A model generated the notes under the pieces. The model saw nothing but the letters and a program-made list of their open reading frames with translations, was not told the DNA's origin and ran no database searches. Shown one piece after another: positions 30,444-42,358 of a stretch of DNA of 64,000 bases. The stretch is from Lachnospiraceae bacterium (GTDB lineage: Bacteria; Bacillota; Clostridia; Lachnospirales; Lachnospiraceae): the NCBI GenBank assembly GCA_045531685.1, contig JAZSEL010000119.1:33436-97435 (forward strand), written 5' to 3'. Numbering within the stretch: position 1 is the first letter of the stretch; every line of letters starts with the position of its first letter. Made by a program: the position numbers and the translations under genes.

Positions 30444-31880
30444 TTACAAGCTGTCCTTATTGATACCAACGATAATCTTACTCTCACCGCCCGATTTTGT
30501 GATTTCAGCAGGAGATACCCCACGTTCTCTGGCCAATATCTCAATGGTTCTAGGTGCACAGAAACCGGACTGACAACGTCCCATGCCTGCTCTTGTTCTC
30601 CGCTTTACTCCATCCAAAGATTTCGCACCTAAAGGTCTGTTTATGGCATCCATAATCTCGCCCTCTGTAATCATTTCACAACGGCAGATAATATTACCGT
30701 ATTCCGGTTTTTCTTTAATCAATGCCGCATATTCTTCCTTGCTTAAGGTCTTCGGATCTAATATCCCTTTTCTGGTAGCAATAAACTCTGCCTTTTCTTC
30801 CGCTCCTGATAATTCCTTAATAATGCCTGCTACCATTTTTCCTACAGCCGGAGCTGCTGATAATCCCGGTGACTCAATACCCGCGCAATCAATAAATCCC
30901 TTCGCGTCATCCAATTCCTGAATAATAAAAGCTCCCTTATCTTCATGGGCACGTAAGCCCGCAAAAGAAGTAATCACCTGACGCATTGGTAAATTCTTAA
31001 CCGTAGTTCCCGCTTTCTGAATCAATTCCTCCAGCCCGTCTGCCGTGGTATTGGTTCCTTCCTTATCCTCCACATCAATAGCCGTCGGTCCCACAAGCAC
31101 ATTTCCGTGAACCGTCGGAGTTACCAAAACACCCTTACCCCATTTGGATGGAAGTTGGAAAATGGTGTGTGTAACAAATCCTCCCGCTGATTTATCCAAA
31201 AGACAATAGTCACCACGTCTTGGAGTAATGTTGATTTTCTTTTCACTTACCATATTGTGGAATACATCTGCATAAACCCCTGCTGCATTTACCACATACT
31301 TAGTAACAAATTCACCCTGATTTGTTTTTACAGTCCAGATATCATCTTTCTTTTCAAAACCGGTTACCTCTGTGTCAAAGAAAAACTCCACTCCGTTTGC
31401 CGCTGCATTTTCTGCCAAAGCGTAATTCATTCCAAACGGACATACAATGGCACCTGTCGGTGCATACAATGCGGCAACTGCTTCATCCGAAATATTTGGT
31501 TCTAAATCTACCAATTCTTCACGCTCAATAATGCGCAGTTCTTTTACTCCGTTTTCTACACCGCGCTTGTACAAATCGAATAAGTCTTCCCGCTCTTCTT
31601 CATTCATGCACACAACCAGGGAACCATTTTTCTTATAATGGAAATCCAAATCCTTGGACAACTGTTCCATCATATGGCTTCCTTCCACATTCAGCTTTGC
31701 TTTCAAGCTTCCGCTTTTTGCATCAAAACCAGCATGCACAATGGCACTGTTTGCCTTGGATGTTCCGCAACATACATCCTCTTCTTTTTCCAATACACAA
31801 ATCTCTAAGTTATAACGGGAAAGTTCTCTTGCTGATGCACACCCTGATACGCCTGCACCAATTACTATTACATCATACAT
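30444..31880 (-). CDS. FAD-dependent glycerol-3-phosphate dehydrogenase/oxidase-like protein with a BFD-type [2Fe-2S] domain
   Basis: MYDVIVIGAGVSGCA at the N-terminus, and ICRCEMITEGEI...GMGRCQSGFC at the C-terminus. Confidence 0.85.
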   Translation of the reverse strand: MYDVIVIGAGVSGCASARELSRYNLEICVLEKEEDVCCGTSKANSAIVHAGFDAKSGSLKAKLNVEGSHMMEQLSKDLDFHYKKNGSLVVCMNEEEREDLFDLYKRGVENGVKELRIIEREELVDLEPNISDEAVAALYAPTGAIVCPFGMNYALAENAAANGVEFFFDTEVTGFEKKDDIWTVKTNQGEFVTKYVVNAAGVYADVFHNMVSEKKINITPRRGDYCLLDKSAGGFVTHTIFQLPSKWGKGVLVTPTVHGNVLVGPTAIDVEDKEGTNTTADGLEELIQKAGTTVKNLPMRQVITSFAGLRAHEDKGAFIIQELDDAKGFIDCAGIESPGLSAAPAVGKMVAGIIKELSGAEEKAEFIATRKGILDPKTLSKEEYAALIKEKPEYGNIICRCEMITEGEIMDAINRPLGAKSLDGVKRRTRAGMGRCQSGFCAPRTIEILARERGVSPAEITKSGGESKIIVGINKDSL

Positions 31881-31934
31881 ATTTCATTGCTCCTTTTTTC
31901 TAAGCCCGGTTCTCCCTGTATCCGCGTAAACCTC

Positions 31935-33485
<1,551 letters not shown>

Positions 33486-33499
33486 CTACTACCACATAC

Positions 33500-33548
33500 A
33501 AAAAAAGCACCACAAATGAACAACATTTCTGTTGCATTTGCCGTGCTC
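33500..33548 (-). terminator. Leader terminator upstream of glpK (candidate GlpP antitermination target)
   Basis: Minus strand AGCACGGCAAATGCAACA-GAAA-TGTTGTTCATTTGTGGTGCT followed by TTTTTTT, located between glpP and glpK. Confidence 0.65.
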
Positions 33549-33686
33549 TCATCTCTTGGCTTTTTATGTATTTTTCGATGATACTATATCATATTATCTG
33601 TATCATTACAATTTATTTTGCTTGTGTAAATAAATACTGTATACTTTCACAATTTGGGTTACATTCAATTGTATATATTCACTATA

Positions 33687-34253
33687 TTACAAATTCCACA
33701 CTTCCTCATTCGTTGAAGAAATGGCAATAGCTCCTGCATTCAGTGCCGCCAAAACATCTTCCTTATCCTGAATCAGACCACCTGCAATAACCGGAACATT
33801 TAATTTATCTGCAAGCCGGGTTATCATCTTAGGCATCAGCCCGGGCAGTATCTCTACGATATCCGCATACTCTTTGATACGTCCGTTTAACTTATCGAGC
33901 ACCTTGGAATCAATCAGAAAAATTCGATAAATCGTACTCAGTCCTAATTCCTTGGCTCTTCTAAGCTGATCACTGTGGGTAGAGATAATTCCGTCTGCTT
34001 CTGTATAGTTAGCAATAAAGTCCACTGCTTCCACACGGCTGCTTAATCCTGCTACCAAATCCATATGTACTACCGCTGTTTTTCCGGCTTCTTTAATTTT
34101 CTTTACAATATCAACGATATTGCTGATTTCTCCATAAAGAATGAATACAACACCTATATCTCCCAGCGTCAGACAATTAATAAGCCCATCATCATCTTTA
34201 ATCGCTGCCACAATCGGATTGCTTGTTATTGCATCATAAAATTCCTGTTTCAT
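33687..34253 (-). CDS. glpP: Glycerol-3-phosphate-responsive antiterminator GlpP
   Basis: About 188 aa with PIVAAIKDD...IISTH...PVIAGGLI, characteristic of GlpP. The ATG at 34253 has a GAGGGG RBS. The track ORF starts at a GTG at 34277. Confidence 0.88.
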   Translation of the reverse strand: MKQEFYDAITSNPIVAAIKDDDGLINCLTLGDIGVVFILYGEISNIVDIVKKIKEAGKTAVVHMDLVAGLSSRVEAVDFIANYTEADGIISTHSDQLRRAKELGLSTIYRIFLIDSKVLDKLNGRIKEYADIVEILPGLMPKMITRLADKLNVPVIAGGLIQDKEDVLAALNAGAIAISSTNEEVWNL

Positions 34254-34286
34254 AGTATTCCCCTCATTTGCAAACACTCGTTAAGA

Positions 34287-35492
34287 TTATTCTATCATTT
34301 CTACCCTCTTTTTTGTAGGGTGTTTTTCCTCAAATCCGTGCTTACAGGAATTTTTGGTTCCCTCCAAAAAAGTCTGTGCCCCATGCCCTGCCGTCTTATG
34401 GCACCTTATTTTTCTGTCCTCTACCACAACAAATCCCGGACAGGAAAATGGCGAGTCCGGTGTAATCACACCTTCTTCCAGTCCCGCAGCCGCCGTAATA
34501 ATCTTAAAGACAGAACCCGGCTCATAAGTATCATTAATACAACCGTTACGCCACATACTGTTAAGCAGATTCATTCTCTGTTCTTCTGACAGCGAATCCA
34601 CATCGATACTCTGGGCCGTCTGGGTTTCTTCCTCATTTCCCTCCTCCGTCTTTTTCGTGGTAACCTCCAGATAATGCTCCAAATCATAAGGAGCATTGAG
34701 GTCAAACTCAGGAACATTTACCATTGCCATAATCTCACCGTTTTGCGGATTCATTACAACAATACTGACACTTTCTGCCTCCTTGGTTTTCATTGCCTGA
34801 TAGGCAAGCTGGGTCGCATAGGACTGAATATTCCTATCCAGACTGATACAGAGATTCTCCCCCGGAATAGGCTCGATTCTTTCTTCTCCCCATTCGGGAA
34901 GCTCCACCCCTCTGGCGTCCGTGTACGTTAATATGGTTCCGTTGGTTCCCATGAGAATATCATCATAAACAACCTCCAGTCCGATGATTCCCTGATTATC
35001 TCCACCGGTAAAGCCAAGAACCTTAGAAGCCAATTCACCGTACTGATAGAAACGTTTATATCCATCATCTACTTTAATGCCGCTCAAATTGTAGCTTCGG
35101 ATTTCGTCACCGATACTCTTATCTACATTGTTTTTAATCTTTTCTATAGAAGTAACCTTCTCTACTCTCTTCCGTACATATTCATCCGACAATCCCAATT
35201 TTTCCGTAAGCAGTTTTATTACCGCTTCTTTGTCCTCAATCTGGTTATGGATGACGGAAACCGAACACACCGTAACATTATCTGCCAATACTTTTCCCGT
35301 GGCATCTAATATCTTTCCCCTCTGTGCTTTAATACTTCTTTCTCTCTGGTGTAATTCCACTGCCTTTTCCGTATAGTATTCCGACTTCGAAATCATCAGA
35401 TAGGATAACCGCACTCCCAAGAGCAAAAGCATGAAAGCACATCCAATCGCCAGTATTACAATCTTTTTCCGATACCTTGTTTTATTTTTCAA
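34287..35492 (-). CDS. spoVD: 5' segment of the split class-B PBP gene (spoVD position): TM anchor, dimerisation domain and SxxK part of the transpeptidase, with an 18-aa element-encoded tail
   Basis: MKNKTRYRKKIVILAIG..., then EPGSVFKIITAAAG (SxxK), then HGAQTFLEGTKNSC, followed by the non-homologous KHGFEEKHPTKKRVEMIE and a stop. Confidence 0.85.
   Translation of the reverse strand: MKNKTRYRKKIVILAIGCAFMLLLLGVRLSYLMISKSEYYTEKAVELHQRERSIKAQRGKILDATGKVLADNVTVCSVSVIHNQIEDKEAVIKLLTEKLGLSDEYVRKRVEKVTSIEKIKNNVDKSIGDEIRSYNLSGIKVDDGYKRFYQYGELASKVLGFTGGDNQGIIGLEVVYDDILMGTNGTILTYTDARGVELPEWGEERIEPIPGENLCISLDRNIQSYATQLAYQAMKTKEAESVSIVVMNPQNGEIMAMVNVPEFDLNAPYDLEHYLEVTTKKTEEGNEEETQTAQSIDVDSLSEEQRMNLLNSMWRNGCINDTYEPGSVFKIITAAAGLEEGVITPDSPFSCPGFVVVEDRKIRCHKTAGHGAQTFLEGTKNSCKHGFEEKHPTKKRVEMIE
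34342..34351. repeat. Right copy of the 10-bp direct repeat TTACAGGAAT (candidate att core)
   Basis: Identical to 26412-26421. PBP homology of the 5' segment ends here. Confidence 0.85.
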
Positions 35493-35557
35493 GCCAAAAC
35501 CTCACAAGACGGGGATTAGTTTAATCTATTCCCCGTCTTGTATGGTTATACCTTATG

Positions 35558-37789
35558 CTATTCGGATTCCGGATTCTCTTGCTGATTCTCCTCCGGATTT
35601 TCTGTATTTTCTCCCTCTGCGTTGTCCGGACTCTCTCCCGGGTCCAACAGGGTTCCGGTAAGTGGCGCTGTGTCCACATTATCACTTTGCATTTCCTCTT
35701 CACTGACCGGTGTGGACGAAGTGGTATCCCCTCCATTGGCATCAATGGTTCCGTCCTCCAATACTTCCGGCTCCGGTGTATCCTCCTGCGGTGCTTCTTC
35801 CTCATCCACCACGTTGGCTTTCTTAATGGAAATATTCAATGCCTCAAGCTCTGCCTTTTCCGCTTCTGATAATTCTTCCGTCATATAAATATTCAGATAC
35901 GGTAATACTTCCGTTAAGATATTACGCACGATTCTTGTAGCAAACTTAGCATCATCCTGATAGTTGGTATTTGGTCTGTCCACTACTACATAGATAGCAA
36001 TTTCCGGATTGTCCGCCGGAGCATATCCCATAAAAGAAACTACATAATTTATCTTATCACGCGGAATCGTCTCGGCTGTTCCGGTTTTTCCACCGATGGC
36101 ATATCCTGCCGGTCTTGCTGTTTTACCGGTACCGTTTACTACTACACCATTGCAATACTCAATAATTTTTTCACTGGTCTGTGCGGATACCGTCTGCTTT
36201 ACCACTCTCGGGCTGATATTCTGTACCACGGAACCGTCCGCTGCCGTAATCTTACTTACCAGATGCGGTTCATAATAATATCCGCCGTTAATCAAAGAAG
36301 AAAATGCAGATATCATCTGAATCATGGTTACATTGTATCCCTGACCGAATGTGGATGTTGCAAGCTCCGTTGCTCCCATGTTTTTATCATTAAATACCAG
36401 GTATTCTGTTCTTGTTTCTCCTGCAAGATCAATATTGGTTTTTAAACCAAAATTGAAACGGTTCTGATAATCCAAGAAAGTACTTTTCCCTATCTGCTGA
36501 CCCATTAACATAAGGGCAACGTTACAGGACTGCTCAATGGACTGCTGTACGGATAAAGTACCGTCACCGCCCATTTTGTAATTATGGCATTTAATATCAT
36601 AATCACCTACATGAAGCTGTCCGTTACAGGTATAGTATTCATTTCCTGTCATCTTGCCGGATTCCAGTCCTGCTGCAACCGTAAACGGTTTTGCTGTAGA
36701 ACCCGGTTCATAGGTTTCCTGAATACAATAGTTCTTCCATAAATTGTACAGATTCTGGTAGAGTACATCTTCATCTGCCAAAACTTCGTTCTTATTTTCC
36801 TCGGTAATAATGGTTCCTTCCTCATCCATCTTACCTTCTGCCGTATACAAACGGCTTCCTACCAAATTATCAATATTTCTGGTATCATTCAAATCAAAAT
36901 TCGGGTAACTTGCCATGGCAAGAATCTCACCGCTGTGGATATCCATCATAATGCATCCCACATTTCTGGCTCCGTTACCGGTTCTTGCCTTGTTTTTGTT
37001 TTCCTCATTAAATTGATACAAATATTTCTCAACAATGGCCTGAATATTGGAGTCAATCGTTGTAACCACATTATAACCGTCTGTTGCGGCTATGGTAGTT
37101 CTCTCCAAATTCTCATCATCGTTCATGTAACCGTACTCTCTGCCATTGGTTCCGTTTAAGGTATCATTATAGAAACCTTCCAATCCAAAGGTCGCTGTGT
37201 TATCCTTTCCGGTAAAACCAACCACATCACTGGCAAGGGAACCATTTGGATAGATACGTTTGTACTCCTCTTCAAACCATACACCTGCAATCCCCGGATA
37301 GTTTTCCTTATCCGCCTGCATCTGTACAAAAGGGCTGATTTCATCATAAGTAAGCTGCTTTAAGGTAACGTAATAACGGGAGCTTGGGTTATCTGCGATG
37401 TAACTTCTTGCCGCTCCCTCATCAAATTCCGGAAAGCAAGTGCTTAAGGCTGTAAGCGTTGCTTCCAACCCTTCTTCTTTTTCCAGCATATTTACACAAT
37501 CCAAAACCAAATTGTATACCTTTTCACTGGCTGCCAGTTTGATTCCGTTTTTATCCAGAATATCCCCTCGTTTGTACGGGATGGTTGTGCTGGAATAGGA
37601 TTGCTGACTTAAAATTTGACGCTTATATTCCTCGCCGTCTTCGTTATTAATATGAATCAATCTGGCACTTAAACCCATGAAAGCCAGTAGTACCACCAAA
37701 AACAGTACTACCAGCTTCTTTTGCATTCTACCTGTAAATTGTCCGTGTTTATTGCCACTCTTACCTCTACGGTTATTTACTCTGTTCAA
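35558..37789 (-). CDS. Class-B penicillin-binding protein (FtsI/PBP2B-like) with an acidic low-complexity C-terminal tail
   Basis: 743 aa with the motifs EPGSTAKPF (SxxK), SCN and GGKTGTAE (KTG). It follows ftsL, as pbpB does. Confidence 0.92.
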   Translation of the reverse strand: MNRVNNRRGKSGNKHGQFTGRMQKKLVVLFLVVLLAFMGLSARLIHINNEDGEEYKRQILSQQSYSSTTIPYKRGDILDKNGIKLAASEKVYNLVLDCVNMLEKEEGLEATLTALSTCFPEFDEGAARSYIADNPSSRYYVTLKQLTYDEISPFVQMQADKENYPGIAGVWFEEEYKRIYPNGSLASDVVGFTGKDNTATFGLEGFYNDTLNGTNGREYGYMNDDENLERTTIAATDGYNVVTTIDSNIQAIVEKYLYQFNEENKNKARTGNGARNVGCIMMDIHSGEILAMASYPNFDLNDTRNIDNLVGSRLYTAEGKMDEEGTIITEENKNEVLADEDVLYQNLYNLWKNYCIQETYEPGSTAKPFTVAAGLESGKMTGNEYYTCNGQLHVGDYDIKCHNYKMGGDGTLSVQQSIEQSCNVALMLMGQQIGKSTFLDYQNRFNFGLKTNIDLAGETRTEYLVFNDKNMGATELATSTFGQGYNVTMIQMISAFSSLINGGYYYEPHLVSKITAADGSVVQNISPRVVKQTVSAQTSEKIIEYCNGVVVNGTGKTARPAGYAIGGKTGTAETIPRDKINYVVSFMGYAPADNPEIAIYVVVDRPNTNYQDDAKFATRIVRNILTEVLPYLNIYMTEELSEAEKAELEALNISIKKANVVDEEEAPQEDTPEPEVLEDGTIDANGGDTTSSTPVSEEEMQSDNVDTAPLTGTLLDPGESPDNAEGENTENPEENQQENPESE

Positions 37790-37802
37790 TGTTACACCTC
37801 TG

Positions 37803-38285
37803 TCAATCCGGCATTTTCACCAATTGTCTTACGTAATCGCTGCCTTCTCCGGAAACCACAATGACTTGTCCCTCTTTTGCATAAGCCATTCCCAGTTCCT
37901 CCACAGCTATTCTTTTTATTTCCTCCATGTCTATCGAACTATTGATACGCTCCAACTGTTCATCATTATTCAGACGCATATCATTTAACTGACTTTCTAA
38001 TGTGGCGATACGCTTCATGCTCACAGTCAACTCCGCCTGTGTCTGCAAATATCCGATCAACATAACACCGGTAATCATTAACGCCACTGACAAAAAGATT
38101 ACATAAGGCAGATTCATGTACAAAGCTCTGTCCCTGTTCTTTCTGACAGCTTTGTTAACCTTACGTGGCTTTTGCTGCATCTCCTTGACAGTGTCCAGCT
38201 TACGTACGGTATTGCCTTCTATATATCTGCGGTCAGCGTATCCAATATTCTGTTTTGTCATTCGTCTTCCGTGACGTGTGTCCAT
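37803..38285 (-). CDS. ftsL: Cell division protein FtsL-like (single TM plus coiled coil)
   Basis: 160 aa. It has a basic N-terminus, one TM segment and a leucine-zipper-like region. It sits between rsmH and the PBP gene. Confidence 0.75.
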   Translation of the reverse strand: MDTRHGRRMTKQNIGYADRRYIEGNTVRKLDTVKEMQQKPRKVNKAVRKNRDRALYMNLPYVIFLSVALMITGVMLIGYLQTQAELTVSMKRIATLESQLNDMRLNNDEQLERINSSIDMEEIKRIAVEELGMAYAKEGQVIVVSGEGSDYVRQLVKMPD

Positions 38286-38336
38286 TGGATAACTTCCTCT
38301 CCTATTTTTTCTCTTATTTCCCGGAACTTCCTGTTC

Positions 38337-39281
38337 TTAAAATTTTTCAAAAACCCGCAATTTTGCACTCTTTGAACGGGAATTCTCCTCTAATTCCTCT
38401 TTACTTGGTAAAATCGGCTTACGGGATACAGATTTACCAAGTGGTTTTTTCCCACATACACATACCGGAAACTCCGATGGGCAGGTACATGGATTTTCAT
38501 ATTTACGGTACGCTGATTTCACAATACGGTCTTCCAAAGAATGGAAAGTAATAATACTTAGTCTTCCTTCGGAATTCAACAAGGAAACCATGGTATCCAT
38601 CGTATTCTTAAGCACATCCAATTCCTTATTGCATTCAATGCGGATAGCCTGGAACACCCTCTTTGACGGATGTCCGTTGGTACGCATCTTAGCCGGAATA
38701 GCGGCCTTAATAATCTCATTTAATTCAAATGTAGTAGTAATTTCTTTTTCTGCACGGTTTCTCACAATATGCTTTGCAATATTCTGTGCAAACTGTTCCT
38801 CACCGTAATCCCTGAAAATACGGAACAATTCCTTTTCCGGATACTGATTCACGATATCCTTTGCTGTTAGTGTCTGGCGTCTGTCCATACGCATATCCAA
38901 ATCCGTATCGTACTTATAGGAAAAACCTCTCTCCACGGTATCCAGCTGATAGGAGGACACTCCTAAATCAAGAACGATACCGTCTACCTTTTGGATTCCC
39001 AATTGGTGTAATACACTCTCCATATTGCAGTAATTACTGCGGACAATGGTAACCCGGTCTTCAAACTCAGAAAGACGTGCAGTCGCTGCCGCAATAGCTG
39101 CATCATCCTGATCAATTCCAATCAGTCTGCCCTTTGCAGATAAACGCTTACAAATCTCATAGGAATGACCGCCACCCCCAAGGGTGCCGTCAACATAAAT
39201 TCCATCCGGTTTGATTGCCAGTCCGTCTACGGTCTCGTACAACAATACCGATTTGTGCTTAAACTCCATATCATTCTCCAC
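38337..39281 (-). CDS. rsmH: 16S rRNA (cytosine1402-N4)-methyltransferase
   Basis: [23 protein letters not shown] and [10 protein letters not shown] motifs. Confidence 0.95.
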   Translation of the reverse strand: MENDMEFKHKSVLLYETVDGLAIKPDGIYVDGTLGGGGHSYEICKRLSAKGRLIGIDQDDAAIAAATARLSEFEDRVTIVRSNYCNMESVLHQLGIQKVDGIVLDLGVSSYQLDTVERGFSYKYDTDLDMRMDRRQTLTAKDIVNQYPEKELFRIFRDYGEEQFAQNIAKHIVRNRAEKEITTTFELNEIIKAAIPAKMRTNGHPSKRVFQAIRIECNKELDVLKNTMDTMVSLLNSEGRLSIITFHSLEDRIVKSAYRKYENPCTCPSEFPVCVCGKKPLGKSVSRKPILPSKEELEENSRSKSAKLRVFEKF

Positions 39282-39327
39282 ACGTATCCGTCAAAAATAC
39301 ATATCATGCACAAGGCATAAGGCTTGA

Positions 39328-39759
39328 TTATATGCCAAGCCCAAGTGCTTCCATATGCTCTGCTATCTCATCCATATCTTCATAAGAAGCAGTACCGTCC
39401 CATCTTTCCTTGCTCCAGATTTCCACCCGGCTACCCACACCGATTAAAACGGCATCCTTTTGCAGTTCGCAAAATTCCCGCAATACAGACGGTATTAATA
39501 TTCGTCCCTGCTTGTCCACTTCCACACTGGCAGCACCCGCCAGGAAGAAACGCACAAACTTTCTCGCATCTTTATTCGTAATAGGTAATGTCTTTAATTT
39601 TTCTTCGAAAGCAGACCACTCATTATTGTCATACACAAACAGACAGCCATCCAATCCCTTTGTCACCACAAACTCGTCACCGAGTGCTTCACGGAATTTA
39701 GAAGGGATAATCAGTCTGCCTTTGGTATCAATTGTATGATTGTATTCTCCCATGAACAT
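39328..39759 (-). CDS. mraZ: Transcriptional regulator MraZ
   Basis: [23 protein letters not shown] and a second DKQGRILIP repeat. The ATG has an AGGTGA RBS. Confidence 0.95.
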   Translation of the reverse strand: MFMGEYNHTIDTKGRLIIPSKFREALGDEFVVTKGLDGCLFVYDNNEWSAFEEKLKTLPITNKDARKFVRFFLAGAASVEVDKQGRILIPSVLREFCELQKDAVLIGVGSRVEIWSKERWDGTASYEDMDEIAEHMEALGLGI

Positions 39760-39805
39760 AACAATCACCTGCTTCCAAAATGGTCTGTCACGGAAAGCAA
39801 ATCTA

Positions 39806-39843
39806 CCACTTTAAACCACTTCGTTCCACTTTCCACCACTTTG
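39806..39843 (-). promoter_or_regulatory. Four phased direct repeats (AAGTGG, 10-bp period), a candidate MraZ operator
   Basis: The plus strand has CCACTT at 39806, 39816, 39826 and 39836. The repeats lie just downstream of the predicted -10 of the mraZ promoter. Confidence 0.65.
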
Positions 39844-39849
39844 ACACCA

Positions 39850-39878
39850 ATTTTAAGATATTTTTAAGATTTATGCAA
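39850..39878 (-). promoter_or_regulatory. Sigma-A-type promoter of the mraZ/dcw operon
   Basis: Minus strand TTGCAT-17 nt-TAAAAT. Confidence 0.6.
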
Positions 39879-39889
39879 GTAAAATCAGC

Positions 39890-39928
39890 AAAAAAACCGC
39901 TCATTACAAAAATTTGTAATGAGCGGTT
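39890..39928 (-). terminator. Rho-independent terminator after the GH95 gene
   Basis: Minus strand AACCGCTCATTACAAA-TTT-TTGTAATGAGCGGTT followed by TTTTTTT. Confidence 0.85.
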
Positions 39929-39952
39929 ATAGATGTTGTACACGTATTTTTA

Positions 39953-42262
39953 CTAACCACAATATATAGTTTTGCTTTTTTCGCCCGTTTTTAAGGAAAT
40001 CTTATGAAAATCATCTCCAAAGCGGACTACAGCCTCACAAGTTTTAATAGAAGTTATCCATACTTCCACCTTCATTTTGCCGTTTTCACTCTCACTATTC
40101 TCCCACTTGATGTCCACGGTGAAGCCACCTCTTGCTTTAAGCCCTGTCACCTCACCACATTTCCATTCACTTGGAAGTGCAGGCAAGATAACAATTTCAT
40201 CCTCATGACTTTGTAAAAGCATTTCCGCAATACCTGCCGTACAGCCAAAATTGCCATCAATCTGGAATGGGGGATGATTGTCAAACAGATTCGGCAGTGT
40301 GGAATTTTTAAGTAATGCTCTTACATTTTCAAGCGCCTTATCACCGTTCCATAACCTTGCCCAAAGATTAATAATCCATGCCCTGCTCCAACCGGTATGT
40401 CCACCACCCGATGCAAGTCTTCTCTCCAAGGTATTAACCGCCGCTTGGGCAAGCTGTGGCGTCTTCGTCATGCTGATTTGTGTTCCCGGATGCAAGGCAA
40501 ACAAATGGGAAATATGTCTGTGTCCCGGATCCACCTCTTCATAATCCTCATTCCATTCCATAATCTGACCGTATTTGCCAATCTGAATCGGTGCCAATTT
40601 AACCAGTGCAATCGGGATTTTTTCTATTACAGGATTACTTTGTCCCAGAACATCTCCACAGGAAATACAGGCACGGAATAATTCGGTAATAATCTGATTA
40701 TCCATGGATGCTCCTTTGCAAACCACGCCCTTTTCTCCATTTGGCAATATATATTCATTCTCCGGTGAAAGTGTAGGACAGGTTACCAGATATTCCCCAT
40801 CCTCTACCAGATAATCCAGCACAAACTCTGCTGCTTCGTACATCAAATCACTGTACTCACGCAAAAATTCTTTATCCAGAGTAAAGAGATAATGTTCCCA
40901 AATATGCAGGCATAACCACGCCGCACCAAGTACCCAGTAGGTGGAACTTAAACACACATCCTGAGGCGCCGTATCCCCCCAGATATCCGTATTGTGATGG
41001 GCCATAAATCCACTACAGCCATACATCTGTCTTGCAGTCTGTCTTCCGTTTTCCCGCATACGTTCTATATGTTCAATAAGTGGCAAATGACATTCGGACA
41101 GGTTACAGCTTTCCGCCGGCCAGTAGTTCATCTGTGCATTGATATTAATGGTATATTTACTTCCCCACATAGGAATTCTGTCTGCATTCCAGATTCCCTG
41201 CAAATTGGCAGGCAAGCTTCCCGGACGACTGGAAGAAATGAGTAGGTAGCGTCCGAATTGGAAGAAAAGTTCGATTAAGGAATCGTCTTCCTTTCCAGTT
41301 CTAAAATCGGCTAACCGTTCAGGAGTCGGAATCATATCTTCCTCTTTGTCTGCATTTATCCTAAAGTCAACTCTATCAAATAATGCCCGATAATCCTTCA
41401 CATGCTCATCAAGTATTTCTTCCCAAGTGCACTCTGCCGCCTTTTCAAGTCGTTCCAAAACCGATTTCTGTGGATTTTCCTCCCGAAACGTGGTGTCCGC
41501 TGCAAAAAGAACCGTAACACTGTCCGCATTCTTTACTACAATACTACTGCCGATTCCCTGTACGTTTCCGCCGTCTGCTACTACCTTTACAGCTGAAAAC
41601 AGTTCCACCGCACCTTTTCCACCGCAAACCGCACTCATAACAGAAGTATCCTCACTGATGACCTCATTACGGTCCGATTGGGTATTAAAGCCCGGATGCC
41701 TGTAAGTCTGTGACTCATAGGAAGATAAATCCCAGGTCATATCCCCTCTGGATAACTGTGTGTGGAAAGATAACACCCCCGGTTTATCTGCCGTCAGGCG
41801 CACTGCCATAACTCCTTTTGGATAACTTGTTATATACTGTCTTGTGTATGTTACCCCATCCTTCTTGTAGGTAACAGTAGCTATCGCACTCTCGATATCC
41901 AACCATCTTTGATAATCGGTAATCTCCGTATTATCCCCATCAAATAACAGATAGAGATTTCCAAGAGGCTCATAATGCCGCTGGGACTCCGGTGTGCCAG
42001 AAAGAGCCAATGCACACAAATCCTGGGCTTCCTTTATCCGTCCCTCAAAAATCAGTTTCCTAATCTTCGGCAGATATTCTTTTGCCGATTTATTATTTCT
42101 GTCCTGGGGACCTCCGTACCAGACACTGTCCTCATTTAGACGTATACACTCTGTGTACGGTGTTCCGTATACCATAGCCCCCAGTCTTCCGTTTCCAAGA
42201 GGTAATGCTTCGTTCCAGTCATCTGCCGGTGAATTAAAATATATAGTAGTATTGTTCTTCAT
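39953..42262 (-). CDS. Glycoside hydrolase family 95 (alpha-L-fucosidase-type)
   Basis: 769 aa. The N-terminus SPADDWNEALPLGNGRLGAMVYG is the GH95 N-domain signature, followed by NLQGIWN and HRHISHL motifs. Confidence 0.88.
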   Translation of the reverse strand: MKNNTTIYFNSPADDWNEALPLGNGRLGAMVYGTPYTECIRLNEDSVWYGGPQDRNNKSAKEYLPKIRKLIFEGRIKEAQDLCALALSGTPESQRHYEPLGNLYLLFDGDNTEITDYQRWLDIESAIATVTYKKDGVTYTRQYITSYPKGVMAVRLTADKPGVLSFHTQLSRGDMTWDLSSYESQTYRHPGFNTQSDRNEVISEDTSVMSAVCGGKGAVELFSAVKVVADGGNVQGIGSSIVVKNADSVTVLFAADTTFREENPQKSVLERLEKAAECTWEEILDEHVKDYRALFDRVDFRINADKEEDMIPTPERLADFRTGKEDDSLIELFFQFGRYLLISSSRPGSLPANLQGIWNADRIPMWGSKYTININAQMNYWPAESCNLSECHLPLIEHIERMRENGRQTARQMYGCSGFMAHHNTDIWGDTAPQDVCLSSTYWVLGAAWLCLHIWEHYLFTLDKEFLREYSDLMYEAAEFVLDYLVEDGEYLVTCPTLSPENEYILPNGEKGVVCKGASMDNQIITELFRACISCGDVLGQSNPVIEKIPIALVKLAPIQIGKYGQIMEWNEDYEEVDPGHRHISHLFALHPGTQISMTKTPQLAQAAVNTLERRLASGGGHTGWSRAWIINLWARLWNGDKALENVRALLKNSTLPNLFDNHPPFQIDGNFGCTAGIAEMLLQSHEDEIVILPALPSEWKCGEVTGLKARGGFTVDIKWENSESENGKMKVEVWITSIKTCEAVVRFGDDFHKISLKTGEKSKTIYCG

Positions 42263-42310
42263 ACGTTTTCCTCGTTTCCTATTGAGGCAATCGTATCATA
42301 AATTTTCCAA

Positions 42311-42343
42311 AAGAAAAAGGGTTCCACATAAATGGAAACCCTT
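42311..42343 (-). terminator. Rho-independent terminator of ychF
   Basis: Minus strand AAGGGTTTCCA-TTTA-TGTGGAACCCTT followed by TTTCTTTT. Confidence 0.75.
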
Positions 42344-42358
42344 GCAATAACTTTCTTT

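Noticed and set aside
33600-33640. cre (CcpA) site near TGTGAAAGTATACA in the glpK upstream region
   Set aside because: It deviates from WTGNAANCGNWNNCW at core positions (no central CG), so it is not called.
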